This document shows, in pieces, positions 1 to 10,981 of a stretch of DNA of 64,000 nucleotides. A program made the translations under genes and the position numbers. How positions within the stretch are numbered: position 1 is the stretch's first letter; each line of letters opens with the position of its first letter. The stretch comes from Eukaryota sp. TZLM1-RC (lineage: Eukaryota > Protista > Metamonada: BaSk clade): assembly GCA_040285825.1 (NCBI GenBank), contig JAUPSS010000001.1:2294001-2358000 (forward strand), written 5' to 3'. The notes beneath the pieces were generated by a model. The model had not been told where the DNA came from. It was given only the letters and a program-made list of their open reading frames with translations, and searched no databases.

Positions 1-3000
1 GTTGTTGGATTCAATGGATTTACGTTTTCTTTTATTAGGTTTCTTAGCAAATCGTTGATACGCTTCTGAGTATCTGATGGAATGGATTATTTTTCGGTGA
101 TATCTCCACCAAACCATCTCACAGTAGAGAAAGGTGCTTGAGCAGTATTATACTCGTCAACAATTTCTTCGATGACATGTTTACCTGAATCAGTAATTGC
201 AATCGCCCTAAGCAAATCACCATCGTGAGGATCGTCAGCGTTATAAATTTTACAATTCCTCCTAGGTACTTCTTTTTTGCCAGTCGTCAGGTTTGTTATT
301 AATCAAATGGAATTGAAAAGGTTCAGTACAAACATATATGGACCTAACCAAGATACATGTAATTTATAAGGTTGTTTAGTCTTTTAAAGAATATAGTCAC
401 CAAAATTGAATGTGTTTCATTTGTGTTTTTAGGTGACTGGGTGTTTAATAATTGGTGATGCTTTGCTTCTTCTCTTTTCTTTTGAAGGGAATCATTCTTA
501 AATTTGAGGTCTTGCAAAAGTGGCACGTTGGATTCAAAATCGGAATACCTGTCAGGATGTTAGGATCTGATCTTGGGCTGAAAGATCACCCAAACATCTG
601 CTCGTATGGAGTATGATTTGTGATTCTGCTTTTGGTCGAATTTATCAATAATTGAATTATTGGTACATGTGTGGACCATCGTTGTAGTCTATTAATAATG
701 TTTTTATACATTGAATCACATCTCCATGTATTCTTTCTTCCAATCGATCATCTTTCAGAGTGATAGGGAATTGAATTTGAAATTTCAATTGACATTCTTT
801 GGCAAAGCAATTTAAATACTTCGTTGGCAAACTAGGAACCATGACCGCTATGAATAGACATGTGCATGCCAAATATTGCGCAGACATTCCATATCAAAGC
901 ATCTGCATCATCTAACGAATTGAGCTTTTTAAAGGTACGAGTATACCTCGTAAGTGAATCGACAAAAACTAATAAATATTTTTATCATTGTTGTCTTTAT
1001 TTAGTGATCTCTTTGTATTTACGTCCAATTTTGGGAAATCGTGGTTAGCCCACAAGGAACCAGTCGAGGAAGTTTTTGATTGCTTTACTGGTGCTGTTTT
1101 CTGGCAAGTAGGACAACGTTCTATATATTTAATGAGATCATTTCTCATGTTTGGCCACTAGAAATCACTTTCGAAAAGTTTTTGAAGTCTTTCGTTTTTG
1201 TTTGAGTGGCCTGATTGGGTTAATCCATGTATTAGGTTAATTGTCGTTTTCCTTAGATTGGTCTATTTTTTAAAATATGAAATTTATTTTCAACGCTAAC
1301 AAAACATTAAACAAACAAACTAGAAACCAATATCCTCAATACACGCATCAACATCATCAAATCTTTTAAGCGCGCGATTTTCATACTCTATTCCTAATTA
1401 ATTATTTTGTCAACATTTCTGGAATTGCTTTAAGAATACTAAAAACAATTCTATTGTGGCAGAAAATGAAGTTCAATTCTTTTCCTGCTCTTTCTTTTAT
1501 TAAACTTCTGAACCCTTCAAGAAATTTAATGCCAGATATTCCAATGTTACCAAAAAGAGAAACAGCAAATGGAACCAGCTGATACTTGACGTGCTCAACA
1601 CGTCCTAGTTGAGATAAGGGTTCATTGTACTTTGTGATTTTTCTCTTTTCAGCAAAGCAAAGTGGAGTTTCATCTTTTTTAGCAAAATCAATTGCTGAGT
1701 CTTTACAAACATCAACAGTGACAACATCAACAACATTGATTACACCATCAGACCGAATTAAATCAGCACGGATTTTCTGTTTTTGTCATGTTTCTTATGA
1801 CTGATCGTTGGTTCTTGCCTGAAGTTCTAAAACCTGAGGCTGCTTGGATTTGAGGTTCATCTCCTAGATTGCATAAATCACTTTTTAGGCTGTTTATATT
1901 CAAATAATTGTCCAATTGATATAATCACAGAAAAAGAGTGGGTTTGAGAGGGTTGCTTGAACTGTACTTGCCTATTTACGAGTTGAATATGTAGGGCTCA
2001 ATTCGGGTGTGTAGCGTGTGATGATTGGTGTAAATGAAACATGTATCCATGGATGTATCCAGGATATGTATTACCTCTTGTGCCACGGCCATTTGAGACC
2101 CTACATTCACCTTGGCCTCTACTACAACCTCTGCGAATTTTTCTAAAACTATCAAAACTACCTCTAAATGGTTTACCTCGGCCTCTACTGTTTCCGGTGC
2201 CTCTATGTTGGTCCACGGGAACCAAGTATCTGGTGCATCCAAGATCTTCGCACTCTGCTATCACATGGTCTGATTTCTGACAAAAAGTGCATAAATTGTG
2301 GCCTCCTCTGTAGTGCATTTTCGTTTTCAAGTTAGGAATAAATGATTCGGGCTGATTGGTCATTTTCTTTCCAATTGAGGTGTTAAAATCACCTACTTCT
2401 ATTTTGTGTCTGGAAGCACTTTTTTAATAGCTGAACCGTCTCCCTATTTTGTGCGACTTTCAGCCTTGATTAAAACTTGTTCCTATTTTTTTTGTTAATT
2501 TGGGGAAAGACACCAGCTTGTCCTTACAACAACTTTCTTTACAAAATCCGTCAAACAGAGGCTCAGTAAAAGCTAAATTGTTGATGCCTGTTGAAAAGGC
2601 ACGTGTCACTGTTGATATTGAAAGGGTGACTTTTGCGCTCGACGGATCCACAGCTTAGATCTTGGCTGATACATCCATTATGTATGTCAACATTCTTAGG
2701 ATTTCGCCAAAGCTTTTCATAAATATAACATAGATTCTATAAATATTCCAAACTCGCTTTCCGTGTCTTGGATTGAATTGATCTTGTGCCAATTGAATTG
2801 AGGTTTGTGAAGGGCTAATTTGGTGTCATGGAATGAATTGAATTATTTACTTCTACAGAGGAGCAGTCAAATTTCAGTGTCTGCAGGCCCCATACCAAAA
2901 ATATCTTGTTGTTTCCATAATGAAATTTCTAAAAGGTTGGTTGTTGCCAGAACGAAACCTGAATAGGTCGAATGTATGGATTAGAGGCCCTAGCTTATGA

Positions 3001-3591
3001 ATGAAATTAGGGTCGATTCTACAAATTTTTGGTTTTTGATGCGAATTGAGCTAAGAATGTAATGAATCGATTTGTTGTTGTATCTCAATTGTGTCGCCTC
3101 CGTGAACTGCTTACAACTGTGATAAACTGTTTACCATGTCAGTGATCTGTTCTTCCTAAAAAGAAGCAGCCATTCGTCATCATTGTCGTCAGGGATGTTG
3201 ATGAAATCGCTGGTAAATGCGGAAAACAGTGTTGTAGGAATTCTAGAAGAAGATTGAATCGAAGAAATAGAGGAAGCTAAGGAACTTAGAAGGAGAATGC
3301 ATGAACGTAAAAACAGTTGTTATACTATGTAAAGCCAAAATTATCAAAAACAATGTAATACTTTGTGATTATTCAAGAATAAAGATGAAATCTGATTGAA
3401 GTAAATGAATACGAAGAATTTTGATGGAATGGTGGTGGAATTTTAAGAATTTTAGGAATTCTATCAAGTAAGTGTATATTACACCTTTTTTCATCAGAAA
3501 ATTCCAGGAATTCTCAAAGTTACCGTTCCTTGAATAATTCTAGAAATAATTAAAGTTCTAAAATCTAAAGCTATGTTATTGTTAAGCAACA
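1..3591 (-). mobile_element. Degenerate Ty3/gypsy LTR retrotransposon (element 0): integrase/chromo-like remnant at 1-1260, gag remnant at ~1775-3300, putative 5' LTR at 3364-3591; runs off the window start
   Basis: 1-1260 aligns by eye to the integrase region of the element at 10982-12400 (e.g. DYNDGP, CQKTAPV, QWFGG). Zinc knuckle CTFCQKSDHVIAEC in ORF 1998..2363. 3364-3591 has TGT...ACA termini. Many stops and frameshifts. The RT region is absent and a non-LTR fragment sits in its place. Confidence 0.75.
1280..1771 (-). mobile_element. 5'-truncated non-LTR (RLE) retrotransposon fragment, family B, nested in element 0
   Basis: Near-identical to 38480-38970, including the endonuclease tail (VDVVTVDVCKDSAIDFAK...LVPFAVSLFG...DACIED). 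Confidence 0.85.
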
Positions 3592-3768
3592 AACTTTGAT
3601 CAAAACTTTTACCTACATAAATCCCATCAATTGAATGACGGGAGATTCTTGCTATTCACTTGGATTGCAACTCGCTTGCTATAATACTCTGTGATATAAT
3701 TCAAAATGGAGTTACGATAACGAAGAAGAGCTTTTAATTATGAAAATACAATGTTGTTCCAAATCAAA

Positions 3769-3943
3769 TGTTAGCTTAGGCTAACCGTATTGATCCCAAT
3801 TTAGAAAGTTGACGTTACATCACGGCAGCATTAGTTTAATTTCATTCTTTGTTTTTCTTAGTTTGTTGTTTTCTTAACTCTGCCATAAACTTCTAGTGTG
3901 TTTATTTTAACTGTTTATGGAACCCAGTGCACTAAAATTAACA
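3769..3943 (+). repeat. 5' LTR of element 1 (175 bp)
   Basis: TGTTA...TAACA termini; direct repeat of 8960-9132. Confidence 0.9.
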
Positions 3944-4099
3944 GTAATTACTGTGGACCAAAGAAGATCCACCACCATTTCGACCCCTGCCACTTTGTTG
4001 TGTCCTTAATCAGAGCATACCGGTCGAGATTCAATCTCCCGCTATGTTGAGGCACTCAAAGTTTATGCCGCTCGTATTTCTAATCATGTCCCATCAGAC

Positions 4100-5469
4100 A
4101 TGACAAGATACCCTTCCGCAACTAACTCTCAGTCTGCCTCTAGCTCACGCGCTCCCAAAGCCTCCTCCTCCACCTACGACCGAAATACCATCGAATCTTT
4201 CGCTCAGGAGATCGCTAGCTTAAGGTCGAGACTTTTTTCTGCTTCCGTTTCTGAAGAACCTTTCGAGAACCCCTCCGAGCCCGCTACTAATCCTCTGGAC
4301 CAAGATGAGTCCTCCTCTGCCCTTCACCCTCGAAGTTTCAAACTTCCATCTGAGCGAACCTACCCCTCCAACCGCAGAGCCTCCATTGCCCCTGAACCCT
4401 CCCTTGGACTGACCTCCTACGAGAGCCGCCAAACCTCCCCTGAAGATAGACTTTTCCTCGCCATGCTCCCCCACCTACTCAACTCCATAGCCCCAGTGGT
4501 CTTAGACAGCTTTCAAATCTTTGAAGGAATAGACCCTACTGACCGCGAAGCCGTTTTGAGACACCTCTTCTGCTTTTGCCAGTTCTAAGATTCTGCTGCT
4601 GCTTACCATAAGCTTCAATTTCTGAAACTCAACTTGTCCGCTCCCACGGCCTCAGAAGTTATCACTATTCATATAACTCAGTTCCTTAAACAAGTAAAAC
4701 TCTGCCCCATTGACCTACCCGAGACAGCTAGAATGAAATTCTTCCTCAATGGTATCCGTCCCAAGAAGCCGCTGCTTTGTCCTCCGCACTGATTCAGAGA
4801 ATGGCCTGATTAATAACTTATTTTCTCTTGTGGCTCGCCTCCGAGAGCTCCTTCCCTCTTATCATCTCCCGTACTCTGCATATTACGCCGCTCAAAACTC
4901 TTTTCCTCCTTTCCGACCCCCTCGTAACCCACAGCCGTCCTGAGCTCCCCAAAGAACTCCTCAAACTCATCACCGGACACCCAAGTCCAACTCCCCCCGC
5001 AAGCCTCCCTCTTCTGCCCAATCCAACAGATCCGACCAGAAGTACTTTTCTCCCCGAAAATCCCCCCTCTCTTGTCACCTGCTTCTATTGCAAAAAGCAG
5101 GGACACATGGTGAAAGACTGCGCAAAACCCGAATGCAAGGCTAGCAAACCTCGTAAGTATGGTAATAACCCTACTCTCCAGAAGCGACACAACTTGCGCC
5201 GAAATGTAAATCAAGTGACTCACGACAAGCCTAATGAGCCTCAAGTTAACTCTGTTGTAAATTCTATTCAGTTCGCCCTATCCGAATATACTTACGTTGA
5301 AAACATCTTCTCTCCCGGAGTAATGTCCTCGTCAACATCTAGTTCTGACAATAATTCGTATAACATAACCCTTAACCCGTTCTCTTCAATAAACCATTAT
5401 AATTACCTAACACCATCCTCATCCTCCTCTTCCAGGAGCCCCACACCGTCCTCCTCACGACGCCCGTGA
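4100..5469 (+). pseudogene. gag: gag (fragmented) of element 1
   Basis: ORF pieces 4100..4588 and 4828..5469; CCHC zinc knuckle. Confidence 0.8.
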
Positions 5470-5954
5470 ATTCCAAGAACTTTTTGATAACTTGGATTCG
5501 TTAGCCCCTCCTGTTCCTGAAGCTAATCACACCCTTATCTCTCGCTCTTCCTCATTTTCTCCCGAAGCTTCTTCTGATTCCTCGTTTGATTCAGATTAGT
5601 TAATCTCGAAAGTCTCTTCACGCCCAAATCTTGTGGTGCCGCCAGGAAAGATTCTCTCCCGTAACATAGATTCTTTGTCGTTGGAAGATACTACTACTCC
5701 CGACCTAGCACATTGAATCTGGGTTGGTCGACGCCGACTGTGCTTACGAGGACGGTGGAATAACGCAAGCAGCCTCTGAACTGACCATGAACTCCTTGTC
5801 CGACAAGACTCTGGGATGGAAGAAACCTTTCGAAAAGCACCGATCCCCTATTGAACCCCTGATCTTATTAGACAAGGATGGATTAAACAAGCCCGTGGAT
5901 AAGAACCTACTCCATTTGAAGATGTAAGTTGATGAACACACCTTCTTATATGGA

Positions 5955-6510
5955 ATGGTAGACAGTGGAACCACCATCTATTGCATCTCTAAGGACCTGA
6001 TCAAAAAGGCCAAGCTTTTCCTCACGAACGCCTCTCTCGAAGTAGGACTTGCTGACAGAACTCAGCTCCTCTACCCTCTTGCCTCTGGAAAACTCACCTT
6101 CTCTCTCGTTGGTGCCGCTAAGCTTACCTTTGTTGACGTAATCGTTGCGGTACTCCCCTGCCAGAACTCATGCATCATCGGTTGGGACCTCTTTGAAAGG
6201 CTAGGCATCCTAACCAAAGATTGTCTCTTTCTAAACCTCTCTGATAGGAACTACCAGCTAATGGAAGACGAATCCATCCCTGATCAGTTCATTCCTCTGT
6301 AAGACCGGGTCTCCGCTCTCTCCACCTTCTCTGCTTTCCCCGACCTGGATAAGACCTCATTCCTGCTCAATGACCCCACTCTGGAAAACTCAACTAAAGA
6401 CTTGTTGTTCAAATACCCCGAAGTTTTCTCAAAGCTTCCTGCTCCCGAAGGCATAGACCGTCCGCCTATGCACATCCCTTTTCGTGACGAGACCAAGATA
6501 GTCTCCCAGA
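5955..6510 (+). pseudogene. Aspartic protease and the first residues of RT of element 1
   Basis: MVDSGTT and IIGWDLFERLG protease motifs, followed past a stop by PEVFSKLP..GIDRPPMHIPFRDE, which matches the RT N-terminus of element 2 (SDVFSETP..GIDCNPLTIPFRDE). Confidence 0.8.
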
Positions 6511-6652
6511 AGTTAACTGGGAAAGAAACCGTCACCTCACCCACCGTTGCCGCCTCAGGATCAATCAATTGTACCTGAATGACGAGTCACCTTCGATGTA
6601 CTACTAATGCCTCTGGAAACGCGCTGAACAATGTAACTATCGCTTTCATGAT

Positions 6653-7432
6653 TTGGCTCCTCCTCCCTGCAACCCCAGAGAATGTCACAACTCCCCCAAA
6701 TGTGACCATTTCCCTTGTACCCCCGACATGCTTACTGTCAGCACCTATGGTGAACAATTATATGATTTTTGTTTACACCCTACTGCCCTGACGTACTCTG
6801 ACTTGGGACCTCCCTCGAATCATCCCGCTCTGGTTAAATGCCAACTTTTTCCCGACCCCATCTACGCCAATTACTTCTTATCTACGTCCCGAGAACTCAC
6901 CATTTTTGTCCCCCTTAGCCTACTCAAACCCAAGATCCACTTAGTATACCACTACGACGAAGACGAAGTTACTCCCTGCCGCACAGCTATTCCATGCCTG
7001 GAAATGTTTCATAGCCATCAGATAGACCTTCATGATAGAAGAATTCACTATCACTATTTGCCACTGGACTATCACTCGGTCTTTGAAACCAAAGACGAAC
7101 CCCAGTTCATACACGAAACATCTCATGTTTGCTCCCACTTCGAGGACATCCGTGCCCTTCTGTTTGACAACCCTACTGAATACCACTCCCGAATCGACTT
7201 CATCTTACAAGATAAAGTCCTCGAAATCATTGACTATAGTGATGGTCGCCAGGGCTTCGCTAATGCCAACCGCTCCCCCAAAGATCTACCTACCTACTAC
7301 CTCACTAGTTCCCGCTTCCACTTGCCTACCCGCAGAGAGACCTACCCAAAGATCATCCCCGTTTCCTTTGTTCCCAGTTCATGTCTGAAGATGATGAATA
7401 TGATTGAAGATTCAGTTTTGACTCGGCCATGA
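6653..7432 (+). CDS. Cys/His-rich unknown domain located where RT/RNase H should be in element 1
   Basis: 259-codon open frame with no RT (YxDD) or RNase H motifs recognised. Confidence 0.45.
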   Translation: MAPPPCNPRECHNSPKCDHFPCTPDMLTVSTYGEQLYDFCLHPTALTYSDLGPPSNHPALVKCQLFPDPIYANYFLSTSRELTIFVPLSLLKPKIHLVYHYDEDEVTPCRTAIPCLEMFHSHQIDLHDRRIHYHYLPLDYHSVFETKDEPQFIHETSHVCSHFEDIRALLFDNPTEYHSRIDFILQDKVLEIIDYSDGRQGFANANRSPKDLPTYYLTSSRFHLPTRRETYPKIIPVSFVPSSCLKMMNMIEDSVLTRP

Positions 7433-7511
7433 TCGAGATCTCCTTTGAGTCCGACTCCCACCACGTCGCTTCCTGGTTCACTCCTTATCCGAATCCTCCA
7501 CCAGTTCCGAC

Positions 7512-8965
7512 TTGATCGCCAAGCCCCTCGCTAGAAACTCTCCCGCCCGCTCATTCCTGGACAAACTGTTCAAAGAACAACAAAAAATCCCTGACAGTGA
7601 CCCTCTGTTTGTTGAATGTAAGGTCAAACCTCAACTGGGCTTAAAGCTAACCCAATTTGATAAGATCCTAGTTGCTCCCTCCCTTCGACCCGAGATCCTC
7701 CTTCTAGTTCATGGATCTACTGAAGCTGGCCACCCCGCTTTCGCTAACTGCTGGAAGAACCTACTTGGCTCAGATTTTCTTTGGGCCTTCACGAAAGCTG
7801 ATCTAACAAACCATGTGAAGGAATGCGTCCCCTGCCAGAAAACTGCCCCGGTTCCCTCAAGCTTCATATCCTCTACTGGCTCTCTGAACTCTGCACACCG
7901 CCCTTTTGGGTACCTCCACTGTGACTGCATAGGTCCTCTCCCTCTCGATGTCGACGAATCCAAATACGTAATCCATTTTGTTGACGCCTTTTCGAAGTTC
8001 AGTATCCTCGTATCCTCTCGTGATCTGAAGGCCCAATCCATAGTAGAGGCGCTCATTGTCCATGTCTATTTTATCTTTGAAGCCCCTAAGGCGATCCACT
8101 CGGACAATGGCCCTGTGTTCGCCAATCAGGATCTTCTCCTTGTTCTGTTCCTATTTGAAAATTGAACATTTTCTATCGATACCCCATTTCCATCAATACA
8201 TTAGCTTGGTCGAACGCCAGCAGCGTACTTTCTTACAAGCCCTCCGAAAGCCCGTGTTGGATTTAGCGACTATGACAATTGGTCCCATTATGACCCTATC
8301 TGTCAACCGATCATTAATTCCCAAATGCGCTCCTCTCTACACCACTCTACCTACCAGCTGATTTTCGGTACTGACTGTTCGCCTGGACTGCTCCCACACA
8401 CCCTGTTGAACGACTTAGGCTCCGTACCACAAGAACCTGATGTTCCCGATTACCTGCGCCATGTGTCCCAAATTACCAAGCGTTGAAACCAATCCGGGAA
8501 ATCCATCTCAACTGCTCCAAGAAGGACCCTGCCCCTGACACTCGCAAGTACTCTCCCCAGGTGAATGGTCGAGTCTTTGTTCTGCGCGAGAAGCCAGACA
8601 ATCTCCATGGTCATTATGTTGGCCCATACCCCGTACAGAAGATCCTGTCCCCTAGCTCCGTTCTTGTTCTGAATCCTGTTACCCGCTCTTCTCTGAAGAC
8701 CTCCGTACATCTTGTCAAGCCTTGTTACTCATCTTTGCTGCCTGCTATGCTAGACGCTTATGTTGCTGCAGATTCTGGTGAGACCTTCCTAGTTGCAATT
8801 CTCGATATCTCAAGCAACACAGCCACTATTTTGTCGTCTGATGGAACTACCACAAAACAGCCGGTCTTCTCCATTAAGAACACCTCTGCTTACTCTCGTT
8901 ATCTGAAACTATCCGATCCTCCTGCTCCGAAGAAACGCGGAAGAAAGAAAAAGAGGCAGTTTTAG
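7512..8965 (+). pseudogene. Integrase with degenerate chromo-like C-terminus, element 1
   Basis: GHP...CVPCQK, LHCDCIGPLP, HSDNG, GPY motif (YVGPYPV), basic tail KKRGRKKKR; frameshifted. Confidence 0.85.
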
Positions 8966-9132
8966 CTTAGGCTAAACGTGCTCATCCCAATTAGAAAATT
9001 GATGTGAAATCACGCCATCATTGGTTTAATTTCATTGTTTGTTTTTCATAGTTTGATTTTTCTTAACTCTGCCATAAACTTCTAGTGTGTTTATTTTAAC
9101 TGTTTATGGAAGCCATTGCACTGAACCCAACA
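8960..9132 (+). repeat. 3' LTR of element 1
   Basis: Follows the polypurine tract, ends CAACA, and is a diverged copy of the 5' LTR. Confidence 0.9.
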
Positions 9133-9480
9133 CAAATAATCGAATAAACGGCCACTTTCTTTGAAAAGATTTCCTAAGTCATCTGAAAAATTGAGACCAT
9201 CAGAATCCAAGGGTATCAAAAATAGAAATATCAATTGGGACAAATTTGATGTTTCTGCCCCGAACCCCATCAAGAAGTTGTAGAAGGGCTTCGTATTTTG
9301 ATTTCATGAAAAGCTCAGCAACTTTGAGTAAATGTCGAATCTCTGAATTGGAACTTCTTTTCCATAAAGACACAGTAGTACAATCGATAATATGTTCAGT
9401 TTGCCTATACCAAGCAAATTGAATAACACCTCGTTTTTGGCTCAAACTGAAATTGTATTCATCAAAAAGAAGTTCTAAAC

Positions 9481-9933
9481 CATACCTGGGCATGACGTTA
9501 GAACGTCATGTCAAAAGTGTCTTGTCATCATTGTCATGACTTGTCATGGCAATCAACACTGCTGTTATGGTGTTATGACAAATTGAATCTTTTGTACAAA
9601 ACGTACACGTTAAATCAATAAAGACACATTTATTCAAAAACTTCATGTCCACAACTTTGAACGAGACACCCACTGAGGGCTTCAAACTGCACTCCCTTCA
9701 AAATAGTACATATCCGGCATGGAGTCTCTTCTTTGAGCGCAACTACCACAATAGTTATGCAAATCTTTGTTGTCGTTATTAAAGAAGAGAGTTTGGTTGT
9801 TTGCAGAAGTTGTAAAATAAAATATAAATAGAACAAAATTTAAATAAAACAATAAATTTATAAAGAAATATACAATATCGTTTTTTAAGAAAAGTGCCAT
9901 GACAATTTAGAGTAGTTGTCATGCCCAGGTATG
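9481..9933. mobile_element. hAT-type MITE (453 bp)
   Basis: Perfect 16-bp TIR CATACCTGGGCATGAC / GTCATGCCCAGGTATG. 8-bp TSD TTCTAAAC/TTCTAAAG. Subterminal TGTCAT/ATGACA repeats. Confidence 0.9.
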
Positions 9934-10089
9934 TTCTAAAGACACTGGATGTTAAGCACATTTTATCAGATTATAAATAAATCAGGAACTGTGTTGTGGA
10001 TAACTTTTTCGAGTAAATTTACAGCAAGAAAAATGGTGATTGAAAAAACCATAAGCACCAAATTGATATTTGATTTCTGATAAACATTA

Positions 10090-10590
10090 AAGAGGAAGCA
10101 CATTAAGTGTGATTGGCATGACTGTCAAAAATTGAAAATCTAAGAGTAATAGACCAAAAACGGTGAGGAATTTGAGTTGACAAATAAGATGAACTATTTT
10201 GAAAAGAATTCACACAACACAAAGAAAACAAAAATCGTTTGAATGAATAGTCCGGCAAATTTGGAATTTGTAATATCAGTAGAAGCTTTTTGATTTTTTT
10301 GCTTAAGTGATTGAGAAGCACATTCCTCATTCTCTATTGATGTTCCCAACAACTGAATACAATCATCATCATAATTCACAAATGGCAATACCACTCCCCC
10401 AAAAGAGATGAAATCAATCTTTCTACCAAGAACTTAAGCATTTGAAAGGATTAAGTTCAAGACCAATTCAAAAATTCAAAATTCCAAACAAAATTGTTGT
10501 ATTTTGTAATAATGCGGAAGGGCCTATTTGGAAAACTTATCCACAAGTGCCACATCATCAAGTCTTGAAAATTGTGTCTTGTGTTGCACA
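10090..10590 (-). mobile_element. Degenerate non-LTR RT fragment
   Basis: IGLELNPFKC and FVNYDDDCIQLLG resemble the post-YxDD RT region of the other non-LTR copies (IGLRLNLLKC, YSIDAIRHLG). Confidence 0.55.
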
Positions 10591-10772
10591 AAATGACACA
10601 AAAATTGGATTTAGAGAAATGCAAAAACGGAAGGGGCCCATTAAGTCACTTTGTTTTACACTTGAACATGAGGATATAAAATCCATTTTCATAACTAATG
10701 ATGAGTGAGCTGAATATAAAAATTCAAACAAAGGAGCGTACCCTGCCTCCAAAAACACAATATATCATTGTG

Positions 10773-10851
10773 TGTTGCCTAAAGTCTATTGTAGTAAAGA
10801 AAAGTCTGATTTATTTTCTATTCATATTATATAAGCCTTAGGGCGCCAACA
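10773..10851 (-). repeat. Putative 3' LTR of element 2 (79 bp)
   Basis: TGTTG/CAACA inverted termini, adjacent PPT, internal TATATAA and AATAAA; no second copy in the window. Confidence 0.7.
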
Positions 10852-10981
10852 CTGCTTCTTCCCTTTTTCAAAATAAATCAGCTTATATGAATATGAAATA
10901 AAAACTATATACAAATAACGAAATAACTATAAATAAATACATATAATCGATATAATATTAATATCCGATATAAACTAAGAA

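Larger units (their letters stand above)
3769..9132 (+). mobile_element. Non-autonomous Ty3/gypsy LTR retrotransposon (element 1): gag, protease, integrase; RT/RNase H missing
   Basis: Direct repeats 3769-3943 and 8960-9132. 4-bp TSD CAAA (3765-3768 / 9133-9136). PPT at 8941-8959. CFYCKKQGHMVKDC knuckle, VDSGT protease motif, integrase H-H-C-C and D..D core (LHCDCIGPL, HSDNG). Interrupted by stops and frameshifts. Confidence 0.92.

Noticed and set aside
5153-5181. 29-nt GTAAGT...CAG candidate intron in element 1 gag
   Set aside because: The unspliced frame stays open and coding-like, and splicing does not lead into pol.
10442-10708. Possible Merlin/ISXO2 transposase fragment (ITNDE-like motif)
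   Set aside because: Only a weak motif; the opposite strand is better explained as a non-LTR RT remnant.
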